The notes below the pieces were generated by a model. The model saw only the letters and a list, made by a program, of their open reading frames with translations, was not told where the DNA came from and searched no databases. From NCBI RefSeq assembly GCF_009914755.1, contig NC_060937.1: DNA of 64,000 nt, one strand, 5' to 3'. How positions within the stretch are numbered: the first letter of the stretch is position 1; every line of letters starts with the position of its first letter. The DNA comes from the human T2T-CHM13v2.0 reference genome, Homo sapiens. This document shows, one piece after another, positions 27,101 to 40,045 of the stretch. Position numbers and translations under genes: made by a program.

Positions 27101-27879
27101 CAGAGAAATACATTTCCTTTTACAGTAAAAAAAATAAAAACTTATGTGCAGGTCCTCTTGATATCAAACCTGAATTGTGTGTCTGATCAGTGTTCCCTAG
27201 ATGATGAACGTCAGGGAAGGATGACAATTGTAGGATGACAACTGGGAAATGAGGTGCAGGATGGAATCTTGGAGAACCACAGACCTTAAAGAGAAAATGT
27301 CATTTCCAATGGGAAGATGAGGATGAAAATGGCTTTCAAGCCACAGGACCCACAGGGTTGGGTGATGACATCATTCCAGCGCCACTGTCTTTCCCCTTGC
27401 CTTCTTGTCTTTCTCCTCGCTCCTCTCTTTTGTTCCCTGGTTTTCTTTCCACTTCCTGCTGCTTCCTAGGAGACTCAGGAGACTGGACCCAGAGCCTCAG
27501 CAAGTGAGTCTTTCCCACCCTGTTCTACTCATTTTTCTCAACCCAGGTCTGAAGACCACCTTGAGGGATAACAGGGTAATTCAATTTCCAATCCCATTTC
27601 ATTCTCGGTCTCTCGGTAGAGACTACCAACAAGGCACCAATTAGGGGAAACAAGAGGCCCAAGGAAAACAGAAGTTTGCTACTGTATTGCCTGTGTGTGT
27701 TTTGACATTTAGTTTGAACTTCAACCTGGCCTGTGCTCCTTTGGGAGCTTTTAAAAAGAAATAAACTTCATCTCATTACCATCAGATACAATGATGGGGG
27801 AAATGGGCTGGAAAAACCCTGAATCTTTTCTGAGCCCTATTTTGTGCTTACAAAGAGAAGGGCAAATTCTTCACTGCTG

Positions 27880-28570
27880 TGCCATTCAGCTATTATGTTT
27901 AACAATCTAATTAGAAAGGCCGGGTAGCCTATTCCCATTGTAAAAGCTAAGACAGTACACACAAGCAAATCTAATTAGACAGCTGTCCTTTACAGATCGG
28001 AGCTGCCCTCCGGCCAGGTTCTAATGAACGACCCGCCACCCCAGCCCCTCCCTGCAGCCCCCAAGAGATGGATTTTGTCCATAAACTGGGCCAGATGACA
28101 GTGGCGGCACATTGAGTGCTGCCCACCCTGCGACAGGCATCTGCAGTTACCTGCTCATCGGCACGCAGCAGGAAGTCTTCGCTGGGGCTCCTGCCCAGCG
28201 GGCTTTACTGCACCTTCACCGGCCTTGGCTCCTGCCCAGACCTGAGCCCTGTTCTCCTTCTGGACTATAATGCCTGCCCCATTCAAGCAGGTCAGAGTCA
28301 TGCTAACAGGTGGTAATAAATCAGAGCCATTGCTTTCGCTTTTATGGATGTTACTTTCTGCACACCAGGGACTTACTTAACTTGAAACAGACCAAAAGCT
28401 ATATACACTGAGCTGCATGTTTGCCGTGCCTTCGTTTTTCACCACGTATGGTTTAAATTAAGGCACCCTGTGTTCAGCAGATTGCCCACTGCAACTTAGT
28501 CATCTGTTTAGTGTTTGGCATGTCCCACAAGGCAGTTGTGGTTATTCACAAGTCTATTAATTAAAAGGAG
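27880..28570. promoter_or_regulatory. Candidate developmental enhancer
   Basis: Repeat-free and CpG-retaining. Two AATCTAATTAGA homeodomain palindromes plus SOX, E-box, MEIS, ETS, PBX-HOX, HOX/CDX and RUNX matches (see findings). Confidence 0.45.
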
Positions 28571-29849
28571 AACTGGTAGGGGACTACTAAGTGGGCTGGG
28601 GGATCGTGCAGCCACTTCAAATAAAAAGATGTATGAAAAGGTGTGCCTTCAGAACCTCTTGCGCTCCCTCTCTGGGTTCATCTGGCACCAGCAGTAATTG
28701 TTGGGACCCAGCTTGTGAAGAAACACTCTTGTCACCACTGCATCCAAAGAAGTTTTATGTCAAAAATTAGAGCAATGTCATCTGAGTTGACAAAATTGAG
28801 ATTGTGTGAAGGTTTCCATTTTTCACCCTCGAGTTTCAACAGGTAATGACTCACTGAAAAACATCCAAATTACGTTGAAACTGGGCCCTATCAGAACAGA
28901 AAATACAAAGGATTTTTAAATTCTAGGAAGTGGAACAGAACATACTGTCTATTAGCAAGGTGTAGGTACTAACGGAACCTACCTGCATTTTCCTCAGCAT
29001 CTCAGGAACCAAGTACTTTTCACATCATCTATTTTTTCTCTAAGCCATGACGCAAGAACCATGGAACACATTTGTTTTATAGGTGAGGAACTGAGCGATT
29101 AATATTGCAAGCTTATCCAAAATAGTTTTACCACCAGCGGTCGTGGCAGAAGTGACAATTATTGAAATAATTGTTTGCTTATGAATTCCCAATCTTCTGA
29201 CGTCCTCCTATGAAAAAGAACTAGATTTTGAAACTATCCTGGAAAGCAAGTGTTGCAAAGTTTAGATTTGGTCAACATTTTGTGAAAATAACAGCTTGCG
29301 TTTCCAAGGATGTCTATGGTAGATTGTTCCTGGAAAGACTAGGTAGAGTGATTGCATATTAGCTGATAGGTACATAAGACAAATATCCTGGCAGATGAGA
29401 CTGACATTCCTGGCTGGTACCAAGCACTGTTTCCATGTTTTGTGGGATCTGGGAGTTCAGGGTAAAGTTGAAAACAGTATTCTTACAGACATGCAGGCAT
29501 GAGAGGCAAAGTCATCGGATTAAAGTAAGGGCCAGTGTCGTTAGCAAATGATGATATCTCAATGGCAAATCGGTTAGCAGTGTATACTTGGTTCTGTAAA
29601 ATTGTATTGATTACGTACTCTGTGAAACCAGAGAATGCATACAGACTTTTCTGCGGCTCCAGCAAGTGTATAATCTGATTGGGGAACCAGACACTTGACC
29701 CCTAAAACATAACCAATAATTTATAATGGCCAACTTTATATTCATTGGAAATGGAGAAGATGCTGTATACTGTTTGATATAGCAGTGAGCAATGTATTTT
29801 TCAAGGTTTTAAAACAATTTGTAGAATAAATAAAGCTATGAGCAGTAGA

Positions 29850-30060
29850 ATTCTCAAATCTGCAGATGGCATGAAGTTTCAGGTATAGTTTTATGCTGGA
29901 TCCATGAATAAGAACCTAAGAAGAGTATGACAAGTTGGAATGCTGATTCTCACAGAGCAAAATTTAATGAAAACAAAAATAAGAACCAGACTTAGGTCTT
30001 AAAATATAAATGCTTAATTGCCTAATGGGGCGAATATTTTTCAGCAGACTACTTAGCAAA
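29850..30060 (+). mobile_element. L3/CR1 LINE RT-region fragment
   Basis: caaatctgcagatggcatgaagttt...gacaagttggaatgctg...aaatttaat resembles the CR1 'KFADDTKL...DRLE.W' coding region. Confidence 0.55.
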
Positions 30061-30069
30061 GCCTGTTGG

Positions 30070-30394
<325 letters not shown>

Positions 30395-30589
30395 TCAAGA
30401 GTGAAAGAGGAGAAGGGGAGAGGGTGAACCTGAATTAAGCAGCTACTGTCAGGGCCCAGCAGCTGAGCTGGGCGCTCTACTCATGTTTCCTTGTTTCTGC
30501 CCACAGCAACACTGTCCCATCGCTGAGCACCATGCACAGCATGAGCATTTTCTCCTGTTCACTGTGTAGGCCCACCTTGCAGGGTGGAT

Positions 30590-30740
30590 GCCATCTTCAT
30601 TTTACAGATGAGGTAACTGAGGCTCAGAGAAGTCCAGTCCCTTGGCCAAGGTACTACAGACAGCAAATGAGAGGCAATGTGATGTTTCTTAAAGTCTCTG
30701 TCTTGTGTTTTAAACCAAGCCATTCTGTCTTTCCAAGATG
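30590..30740 (-). mobile_element. MIR
   Basis: cattttacagatgaggtaactgaggctcaga...ttggccaaggt. Confidence 0.8.
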
Positions 30741-30862
30741 TGATGTAGCCTCACGGATAGGCATGCAGTACCCAGAGTAGGGGAGGTAGCAGTCCTGTTC
30801 TGTGGGGAGAAGGCGGATTTCAGTAATAAGTGCATGATCATGGCACCAGATGGCCTGGGTTC

Positions 30863-31265
30863 TCTTAAAGCAAGTTTAGCCTAAAGCTACCTCCTTACAT
30901 ATTTAAAGTTCAGTCTAAAGATTTCTCTGTATATAGTGAATTATAACCTAAACGGAGGTTTAAACAAACTGTAACCTACGCTTGTGCCAATCACTGAATT
31001 CTGGCCAATCAGAGGCATCCAGTTGTTCAAACCGTTTTCCAATAAGGCAAACGCTGAGCTGTAACCATTCCAGCTGTTTGTGTGCTTCCGTTCTGTTTTC
31101 TGCACATCACTCCCCTTTTTCTGTCTGTAAATCTCCTTCCACCACGCAGCTGTGCTGGAGTCTCTCTGAGCCTGTTCTGGTTCAAGAGGCTGCCCAATTC
31201 GTGAATCGTTCTTTGCTCAATTAAACTCTGTTAAATTTAATTTGGCTAAGGTTTTTCTTTTAACA
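30863..31265 (+). mobile_element. MER57-family solo LTR (ERV1) inserted in a MIR
   Basis: aagtttagcctaaagctacctccttacatatt...tandem CCAATCA boxes...ctcaattaaactctgttaaatttaatttggctaaggtttttcttttaaca. 4-bp TSD gttc/gtcc; MIR sequence resumes after 31270. Confidence 0.9.
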
Positions 31266-31269
31266 GTCC

Positions 31270-31480
31270 TATTGCAGCTCTGCCACTTAGGAGCTGTGTG
31301 GCCTCGACCAAAAGAATGAAAAACAACAAACAACCCGCTGTGCCTCAGTTCTTACTTCTCTAAAGTGAGAGCACGAGTAGATAATGGCAGTACCCACCCC
31401 CCTGTAGGTTGCTCAGATGATTCATTGAGGGATTTTGTATAAAGCGTTTTCGAGTGGGCCTGGCACCGTCTAAGGGCAGA
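31270..31480 (+). mobile_element. MIR (host of the MER57 LTR)
   Basis: cagctctgccactt...ctgtgcctcagtt...gtataaagcg...gcctggcac. Confidence 0.7.
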
Positions 31481-34153
31481 TGTTACTGCTCTGCTCAGAC
31501 CAGATCCCACCTGGAATACCAGGCCACACACTGCAAGAGACACCTTGGCAAGTAATTTTTCTCAGAAAATGACAGAGCCGGAAACAACTTCCCTGCAGAA
31601 TCATAGAAGGATCTGAAGGCATTTAGTCCTATGTGATGAGAGCCGCTTAAAAATATTTGAACTAACTTTGCTCTAAGCCCCAAAAAAGAGCAATAGAAGA
31701 AAATTAAGATTGCTTTGTTTCATAATCTCCCCCTAAATAATGACATCGGATGTTTCCAGAAGCCTTAAAGCACTGCCTGGCACTTGAGAGGTGCTTCTGG
31801 GCCGCCTCTCTAGGATCTTCTGCATGCGGGGCTGTGTCTGAGCATCACAGGCATCCCCATGGTCAGTGTCCTCCAGGCACGATGCCAGGACACTGCTCAG
31901 ATTCCTCTGGACAGTGACCAGATGCAGGGAGGCAAAGTCACTTGTCTACCTTCATATTAATTTATTCAGAAAATATTTATCGAGTGTCTGTAATGTTCTA
32001 GGCATTGTTCTAGGCACATGAAAAAAACAGACACAACTGTTGCCCTGGTGATGCTGACTTTCCAGCCAGGGGCAATGGAATCAGGAACCTATCAGCTTGA
32101 CCTTGACCTCACACATGGGCAATAAATGAACCAAACAAAACCAAAGTGTAAAAACTGAACCTTCTAAGTATCTGACACCTCTCTTTTACTTAATATGCTT
32201 TCAGTTGACCAACATCCAGCTAACCTATTGGCTACCAAGCATTTGTATATGCTGTCTATTATTTAACTCTTGGAGTGAACCTTTTGCGTAAGTATTAGTC
32301 CATTTCACAGGTAAAGAAGCAGGCTTAGGAACTTCCGGTGACTAAAGCGACACCTGGGGATTCAGGCCCAACATGATTCTCATTACAAAGTGCTGCCCTC
32401 CAAATAGAAATCAAGTAGGCAGAGTATGTGGCATCCTCTGTGGCAGTTTCTCTATGAAAATTAGTACCTGGGATCCCTTGACATACGGACTAGTCAAGAT
32501 TTGGCTGTCATCTCTAGACCTTCTGGCATATAAGCATCTGATGGCCATAAGCTGCCCTAGTGGCTCTGAGTGTCTGCACATTCTAGTTTGGGGTACTGAT
32601 TCAATCCAGTGTCTCTAGGAATGGGGTCTGGGAGTTGGTTTTAAAGCTCACCATGAGCTTTAAAGCTTCTGAGGGATGTAGTGCAGGATTCAGGTAGCAT
32701 GCATGTGGGTGTGACGGGCCAGGAATGGATGTGGATCTGATTTGAGCTCTGCAAGCCACGCCAATTCTTGGCCTGGTATGGTGAGTCTGTAAGCCCCATG
32801 GCTTCCACTTCCTTATGGGTCACTAGAGAAGGATTATGCATTGGGTGCTTCTCGCTGGACCTTTGCTTCTTTTGCAGTTCCAGGTGGGAGAAGCAGTTGC
32901 AAAAATGCATGGATTTAGGGTGAATAGGGTCCTTCTGTGTTCTTGGTACAGTTACCTTGAGAAAACTGGTCAGAGGCAGCTAATGCGGCAGTGAAGTCTG
33001 CATTGCTTGTGGTACCTTCAGTCCTTACCAAGCAGTGGCTGTGTTCTCAGCTCAAGAACCACCGAGGAGGCTGTCTGATGATCAGAACCGTGTTTCTGCT
33101 GTCTGTCACAGAGCCCATCACAGGTAACTCCCCAGGCAAGGTACTGAGGTAGGGAGCACTCATTTCCCCACAGATGGATGGGACAACAGGGCTCTCTAGG
33201 GTGAAGGTACTCAGAGGTATAGGGAATCATCCTCTCATGGGGCCTCTTTGGTGGCTGCACATCCTGGGAAACATCCCTCAAGGCTGGAGCCTGCTGGGTT
33301 AGTGCCAACACTCACACACAGACCCACTGCAGCTCTGAGCTGCATAGATGCGGGAAGCTGAGCAGCATTTGGGCCATGTTACAGCACACTGGGGTAGAGG
33401 CATGGCAGCACGTGATTCTCTCCCATGTCCAGGAGCCTCACATTAGGCAGAAAGTGGAAATTCAGGGCAACACACATCTTACTGGGACATCAAGTCCTTT
33501 GCTTGAGACATATGAGTTCAGGTTTTCTAAGACTTTCCCTTTACAATCCTATGAGTATACTTCCTTGGGATAATTTTCTTTAGCTTAGAGCAATCTCTAG
33601 GAAATGTTCTTCTGGAGCTGAAGGTTTGTCTTTGCTTTTAAAGTTTTAATCTCATTCTTTTCTCCGAGTCACAGCCTCCTGGTGCCATGAGAAACAACAG
33701 TCCCCTTTTTCCTCAGTGGCACTCACATCCTCTAAAGACTTGCAGGCAGAGAGCCAGCAGCCATTTCTCCCTTGGTTCACTCGTTTGTCTGCTTCCAAAC
33801 TCATCTTTCTCCAACTTAGATACAGTTATTTTACTTTCTTAAATAGCCAGTTCCTTTTAATTAATCTTGGGACTCATCTCCACTCCGGCTGCCTTATGTT
33901 GGTAATAGTATAGCACTTTAAAATAGACTAATTTGCACATGTAGACATAGCTATAAAATTCACCCATTATAATGAGGATATATATATACTTCCACATTTA
34001 TATGCAACACCTTCTGGAAAATTCTACTTCCAGTCTCCATCCCAACCTTGTCCACTCACATCATTGAATGACAGAGGGGCAAACATGTTGAGTTCATACA
34101 TTCTCGGTCTATGCCAGGAGACAACTGCACAGACACAGTGTTTAAATGTTGGC

Positions 34154-34175
34154 TCTTGTTATGCAAATTGTTTAC
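34154..34175 (+). promoter_or_regulatory. SOX-OCT composite motif abutting a FOX motif
   Basis: TCTTGTTATGCAAAT (34154-34168) immediately followed by TGTTTAC (34169-34175). Motif match only. Confidence 0.35.
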
Positions 34176-35911
34176 ATGAAAATGATCACAAAAATCACTT
34201 TATTTGATATAGGAAAGAAAAAAAATTTAGTTTGGAAAGTCTTAATAGACTAGAAATGAATTCCTAGTTCTCATAGTCCAAAGAGGAGCCTTCCCTTTTC
34301 CATGTTGTTATAGAAATGATTTCAGGATGTACAAATTGGTACAACCAACCAAGCGGGATTATTTGATAAATATGTAATTTCTACAGTGTCATTTGGAAAT
34401 GATTGCAAATATGTCTATTCAGATAGGAGGAAAATCCTACTCTGAAGACTGTGGTCCTTGCAGTCTGCATTGTAACCTATGCGACATAAAGAGAAAGCCA
34501 TGTGCTCTGAAAGGCTGCCCTTGAATCCTTGTCCCAGTGGGAATGAGCCGAATTCAGCACCTACCTCATAAAATCTGAACGTGTGTCTCACTAGGGCTGG
34601 GGTTTCTGGAGAACCACCCCTATTCACATGGAATGAAATTGTATCGAAGCACTGAAGGGAGAAGAGCCATCTAACATAATGTCCTAATAAAAAGGCCAAG
34701 AGGACTGGCCCTTATCTCAGGTATGCACACACATTAGCTCCTGCCATGGGCAACTGAGTGTTTGGGCATTGGGATTAAGGATAAAAAGAAATCATTCTTA
34801 ATAATGAGAGAGAGTGCCAGGAATTTTTCTTGCCTCATGAAATAAGGTAATTCGCTGAACTAAGAAATAATGAACAAGACAAACTGGCAGGCCGACCGGG
34901 GGGCTCAGACAGGTGCCTACTTTCAAGGAGCCTGTAGGGCAAAGAGGCATCTGCTCCCGAAGGAGGACTTTAAATAGCCATTTGTTACACCAACATTTTT
35001 ATGAATAGACTGAAGTAGGGATGTGATTAGGCTGGGGTGGGGAATGCGTGTGGATAAATAGCAGTGGAGGAGATGTGCTTTAAATATTCTTTGTGCGTAG
35101 GATCTGAGAGTAGCACTGAGGATGATGTTAACCCTTTAAGGAGCCACCTTTTAAACAGATAGCAGTAGACAGCAAGGGCATTTCCCCAGGGGTGGATCAG
35201 GCTCCGCTTTGAAAACCAGTCACCCCGATGACTCCTTGACCTTGCTGGGAGAAACAGCCTATTGTACCTGGCCCAGCCTTTCCTGAGAGGATTCCAACTT
35301 GGAGGGAAACTCTGTGTAGCAGGAGGTGTCTCTGGGGACCCTGTTTTCATGTTGGGGATGTCCAGCCTTGTATCAGGGATGGTGCTGGCACAACAGCACC
35401 TGAAACATGGCCTCCCATAGGGTAGCTACTTGATTAATATCAAGTGAATGAGTGAATGATTTAATCAACGATGTTCAGGTTCATCAGACTCCTTTTGACC
35501 TGAGCCTCTGTCCAGAAACCTAAAAATATATCTCATCGGACACTTCAGTAGGCTTGCTTCAACTGTCCCTTGTTCCTCTTTTTTTCTTCAACTTCTTAAC
35601 TGTGTGTGGGTTTGTGGAAGATACAGGAAGAAGGCACACTTCATTGCTCAGCCTGAGAAGACTTTGCAAACCTTTGAGAGCCACCTCTCATTCTACTTTC
35701 TCTCCAGTCTGAGCCCTGGAGTATGCTGGCAACCCAGGGAGCATCTCTCTGCCCTGTGAAAACTGGGACTAGCAAAGGAATGGGTGAGGAAGCTGCCGTA
35801 AGCACTCCATAACTTCTGCTGGTTCTCGGCTCCAGGGATGACAGGTGGAGTCGTGTCTCTGGGATTTGCCAGGTGGCTCCCAAATCCTGAGTCCTATTTG
35901 TCTACTTTAGA

Positions 35912-36075
35912 GCAGTGAGGCTCAAATTTCAACATCCCAACATACCCCTGAGTATCTTGTGAGAATATGGACCCTGTTCCAGGAGTCCTGAGGTGGAGCC
36001 CTGACTTTGCGTTTCTAGCAATTCTGCAGGTGACACTGATGCTGCTGGACCTCCGGCCAGCCTGACTCTGAAGCA
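35912..36075. mobile_element. MER5A hAT-Charlie DNA transposon
   Basis: cagtgaggctcaaattt...tgcgtttctagcaattctgcaggtgacactgatgctgctgg. Confidence 0.7.
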
Positions 36076-36112
36076 GATTGAAGCATGAAGAAGACACAGC
36101 CTCTGTCTGAGT

Positions 36113-36431
<319 letters not shown>

Positions 36432-37465
36432 TCTCGTTTGAGCTCCTATATCAGAGCAAAACCTCAACACTTGTAAGGATTTATTGAGCAACTTGGTGAT
36501 GCAAGCTAAGGACTTTGGTACTGACACTCATGGTAACTGCCTGCAGTGTGGCCTTTTGAGGGTGCTGATTTCTCAGTGGAACTTAAACTAATGGATGATG
36601 TACCTTCTGATTGTCTCCTGGATGTGCTGCCATTACTCCTTTGGGAGTGTGGACACACAAACACACACACACATATGTGCCCCAGGTCAACTGTTACAAA
36701 GCTCCATGGCTGTTGGTTGAGCTCAGTGATTATGCACACAATACGCACATGTGCAGGTGCGACCCACAGTCCTAGGACAGGGCCGGCTTCTGGAAGAATA
36801 GTGTCTGTGCCTGAAGAGCCTAGCAACTTAAAAGGCTGTTGAGCACTTGCAATACAACACATAACTATCCAGTCTATTAGAAAAAAATACACATGATACC
36901 TTTGATTAATTAAATGCTTGATTGATTAAATAACTTTTGGTTTAATTATTCCTACAGGGACTTCTAGGAGAGAAAAAGCCAACCAAGCAAACAAAAACAC
37001 AAGAATTCCATTCCTTGCCAAAATATTGGCAGTCAGTATTTTCAGGCAGGTGTGCACTGTATGCTTTGCGGGACAGGCTTCCTGTGAACTGATATTGGGG
37101 GATGCTGTCCCCAGATGTGGGAGATTCCATCTCTGTCAGGTCACATGATGATGGACAGCAAGAGTGTTAATAAGAAGCCTAAGACAGAATTCCTAGACAA
37201 AGGCAGCCCTCTGCACAAACCCGTTCCTGCTTGGCTAGAATCCCTTGTCGCCTTGGGACCACACTGCCCAGGTGTGGCTTTCGATCCCAGGCCTTTGATT
37301 ACCCACAGGTCTTCCCATTGCTCCTCCCCCAGCACTGAAATCATTTCAGCAACATTCTAAAGTGGATTTCAAGACATTTCCTAAGCCGTCAGGTGCATAA
37401 AAATCAGTAAATAATGTGTATGGAGCACTCACCATCTCTGGACGTGATAACAGGTAGAATTGACC

Positions 37466-37521
37466 TTCTGATGTTAATGAAGTAAACTGCAATTTCTGAT
37501 GTTAATGAAGTAAACTGCTAT
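37466..37521. repeat. 28-bp tandem duplication
   Basis: ttctgatgttaatgaagtaaactgc(a/t)at x2, one mismatch. Confidence 0.95.
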
Positions 37522-38144
37522 TGGGGTTGGACAGAGGGTTTCTACTGAGAATCCACGTGCTAGCATTCTAAACCACGCACCACCCCGAGAGGAATTCCCG
37601 GTAAGCAGTGGGGCTGACTGAAACCCACAATGCTGTCTTTCTAAAGTACAGGCTCCCACACAGACCTGCTTTGCTTTAAAATGTCATTACAATGAACCAT
37701 CACTTGAAAACCTCCATGATCTTGACAAAATTGGAACAGTGATATAAAAATAAAAGGTCAGAAAAACCATGTATGATAGAGCTGAGCTGGCCTGGTATAG
37801 ATTTCTTCAAAGACCTCCTTTGCTCACTACTAAAGCCAAGACGATGTGTCAAAGTTGTTTAAGAGAGGAATCATTTTTAATCAATGTGACCTCAGCTTTC
37901 CAAGGTGCTTAGGTCTGGGAACACTTAAAGTACATCTGTTATTATTTTGGTTGTGCTGAATTTCTTATTTTATATGGTTTCATTTCAAGAGGGGCTATTT
38001 GAGGGAATATGGAGGTAAGCTCTTGTCACCATATTCTGGTTGAGTTTTTTAGGATTATTTATGTCTCTAGTTCTTATTGATATTTCTTGCTTCCATAAAC
38101 TTGCCTTCTGGTAGTAATTTTACATTGAAATTTTACTTTAGAAT

Positions 38145-38629
38145 CTACATCTCTGCCCTTTGTGATAAAACCTAGTGCCAAATTGTCTCTCAGTGACTTA
38201 ATTGGTATTAGATGTATCATCCCATCAATCCCCAAATTTAAAACAAATATGTTCCCTACATGTGGTTTTGTTCTAGTTCCTTTATGGAGACAATGCATAG
38301 AGACCTGGCCCTGCCACCTGTGAGTTTATAGTTTGAAAGTGATGTGAAGGAAACAGAATCAATCACAGACACATTAAACATGTGAACATGGGCTAAATAA
38401 AAACTGGAAAATAAGTCAACGGTTGAAGTGCAGACAAAAATGATGCTTATCTTCCCTGTCCATCTTCTCTCCCATTCTGTCATCTAATTCTACTACATCT
38501 CTGCCCTTTGTGATAAAACCTAGTGCCAAATTGTCTCTCAGTGACTTAATTGGTATTAGATGTATCATCCCATCAATCCCCAAATTTAAAACAAATCTGT
38601 TCCCTACATGTGGTTTTGTACGAGTTCCT
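38145..38629 (+). repeat. 137-bp dispersed direct duplication (38145-38281 and 38493-38629)
   Basis: Copies differ at 3 positions, offset 348 bp. The second copy is bracketed by ctaattctacta. Confidence 0.97.
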
Positions 38630-38675
38630 AATTCTACTATTCATCTAACTGCCCTTCTCTCTACCCCTTCACCCA

Positions 38676-38897
38676 GCCATGCATCCATCTATATGCTCAT
38701 TCATCCATCCATCCACCCACTCAGTCATCCATCCATCCACTCACTCACCCATCCAGTCACCCACCCATCAACCCATCCATCCATCCATCCATCCACCCAC
38801 CCACCCACCCATTCATCCACTTACCCATTCATCCACTTACCCATTCATCTATCCATCCATCCATCCGTCCATCTGTCCGTCCATCCATCCATCCATC
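38676..38897. repeat. Degenerate (CCAT)n tetranucleotide repeat
   Basis: catccatccatccacccac... read directly. Confidence 0.95.
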
Positions 38898-40045
38898 TGT
38901 ATGAAGAAGTTCATAGAATAGAAAAGAGTTGGGTTTTGTGTAGCCTCAGGTATTGCTGATCTGGTTTTGCCAGACCTTGAGTGACATAGTATCAATATCT
39001 GTCTACAACAAAAGCCGGACGGGTCTTTTAACTAGGTACTATATGATCTGTCCAGATAAACGAAGGATAAGCCAAGAAAACACCATAGCAATAACTATAC
39101 TGGTAACCTAGGTATAGTTAGGGATAAACAAATACTGATTTGTTTAGTCTCACCAAACAAATTGCGAAAACCTTTAGCCACATTTGGTTAAGAGATAGAT
39201 TTCCTTTTGATTTGGTCAAGGCTATGCTTTGTGGGTGACCTAATTTCTGCTCAAATTGTTTTTCTCCCACTGGGATGTTACTTTCTAGTTTCAAAGCCCT
39301 CATCATGCTTTGTGGATGGTCTTTTATTTCTCTGAGTTCACTTGAATTTCAAATCTTGATGATATGCACATTTGGAAATGGCTTTTCCCTGTAGCATGTG
39401 CTGGTCAACACCTGAGGCTGTGTATGTTCCTCCCTGTAGTGGGGTCTCAGCCGGCTGCCCTTTCAGTGTTTTGTGTCTGGTGTATGCAAGCTTGGCCCAA
39501 CAGCATTTTGCTTTTGATGTCTTTGCCATTCTGAGAAGCATGAGAAGGATTGTATTTTTCCCTTTTCCCATCTGCTTTTTGATCAGATGGGTCCGTTCCT
39601 GAATGAGGTCTAAATTGAAGAGGGACCCTCTGTTGGATGCAAACATTGATACTAGGGCACCTCCTGTGCAACACTGTCAAATAGCCTTAACGATAATGAG
39701 AGTTGGAATGGTCATTGTTTCTGACTCTATTCTCTTACTCAGTGTAACAGCAAATTAGTTCACTTAAGAGCTATCTTGCAAAGCTCTCTTAGTCCTGCTA
39801 AACGTGCAACCTCCTAAGTACTAGCGACCTGTTTTTGGCCTAGGTCCTTCACTTTGCTGCAGGAAGTGTGCTTCATCTAGCTCAGCTGGTTTCTGGGCTC
39901 AGGCCAGCCTGTGCCTATTGCCATCCTTCCATAGTTACTGGTCCACACTACTTGCCTCCCAGCTGAAAATTATTTTCAATTGTCTCTCTATTGTCTAGAC
40001 ATTTTCCCCTGTGGACCCAAATCTTCTCAGTTTTAAAAGAGATGT

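Noticed and set aside
38510-38959. 149-aa ORF with (HPSI)n-like repeats
   Set aside because: Translation of the (CCAT)n microsatellite plus the duplicated segment; the same artefact occurs at 49047-49303.
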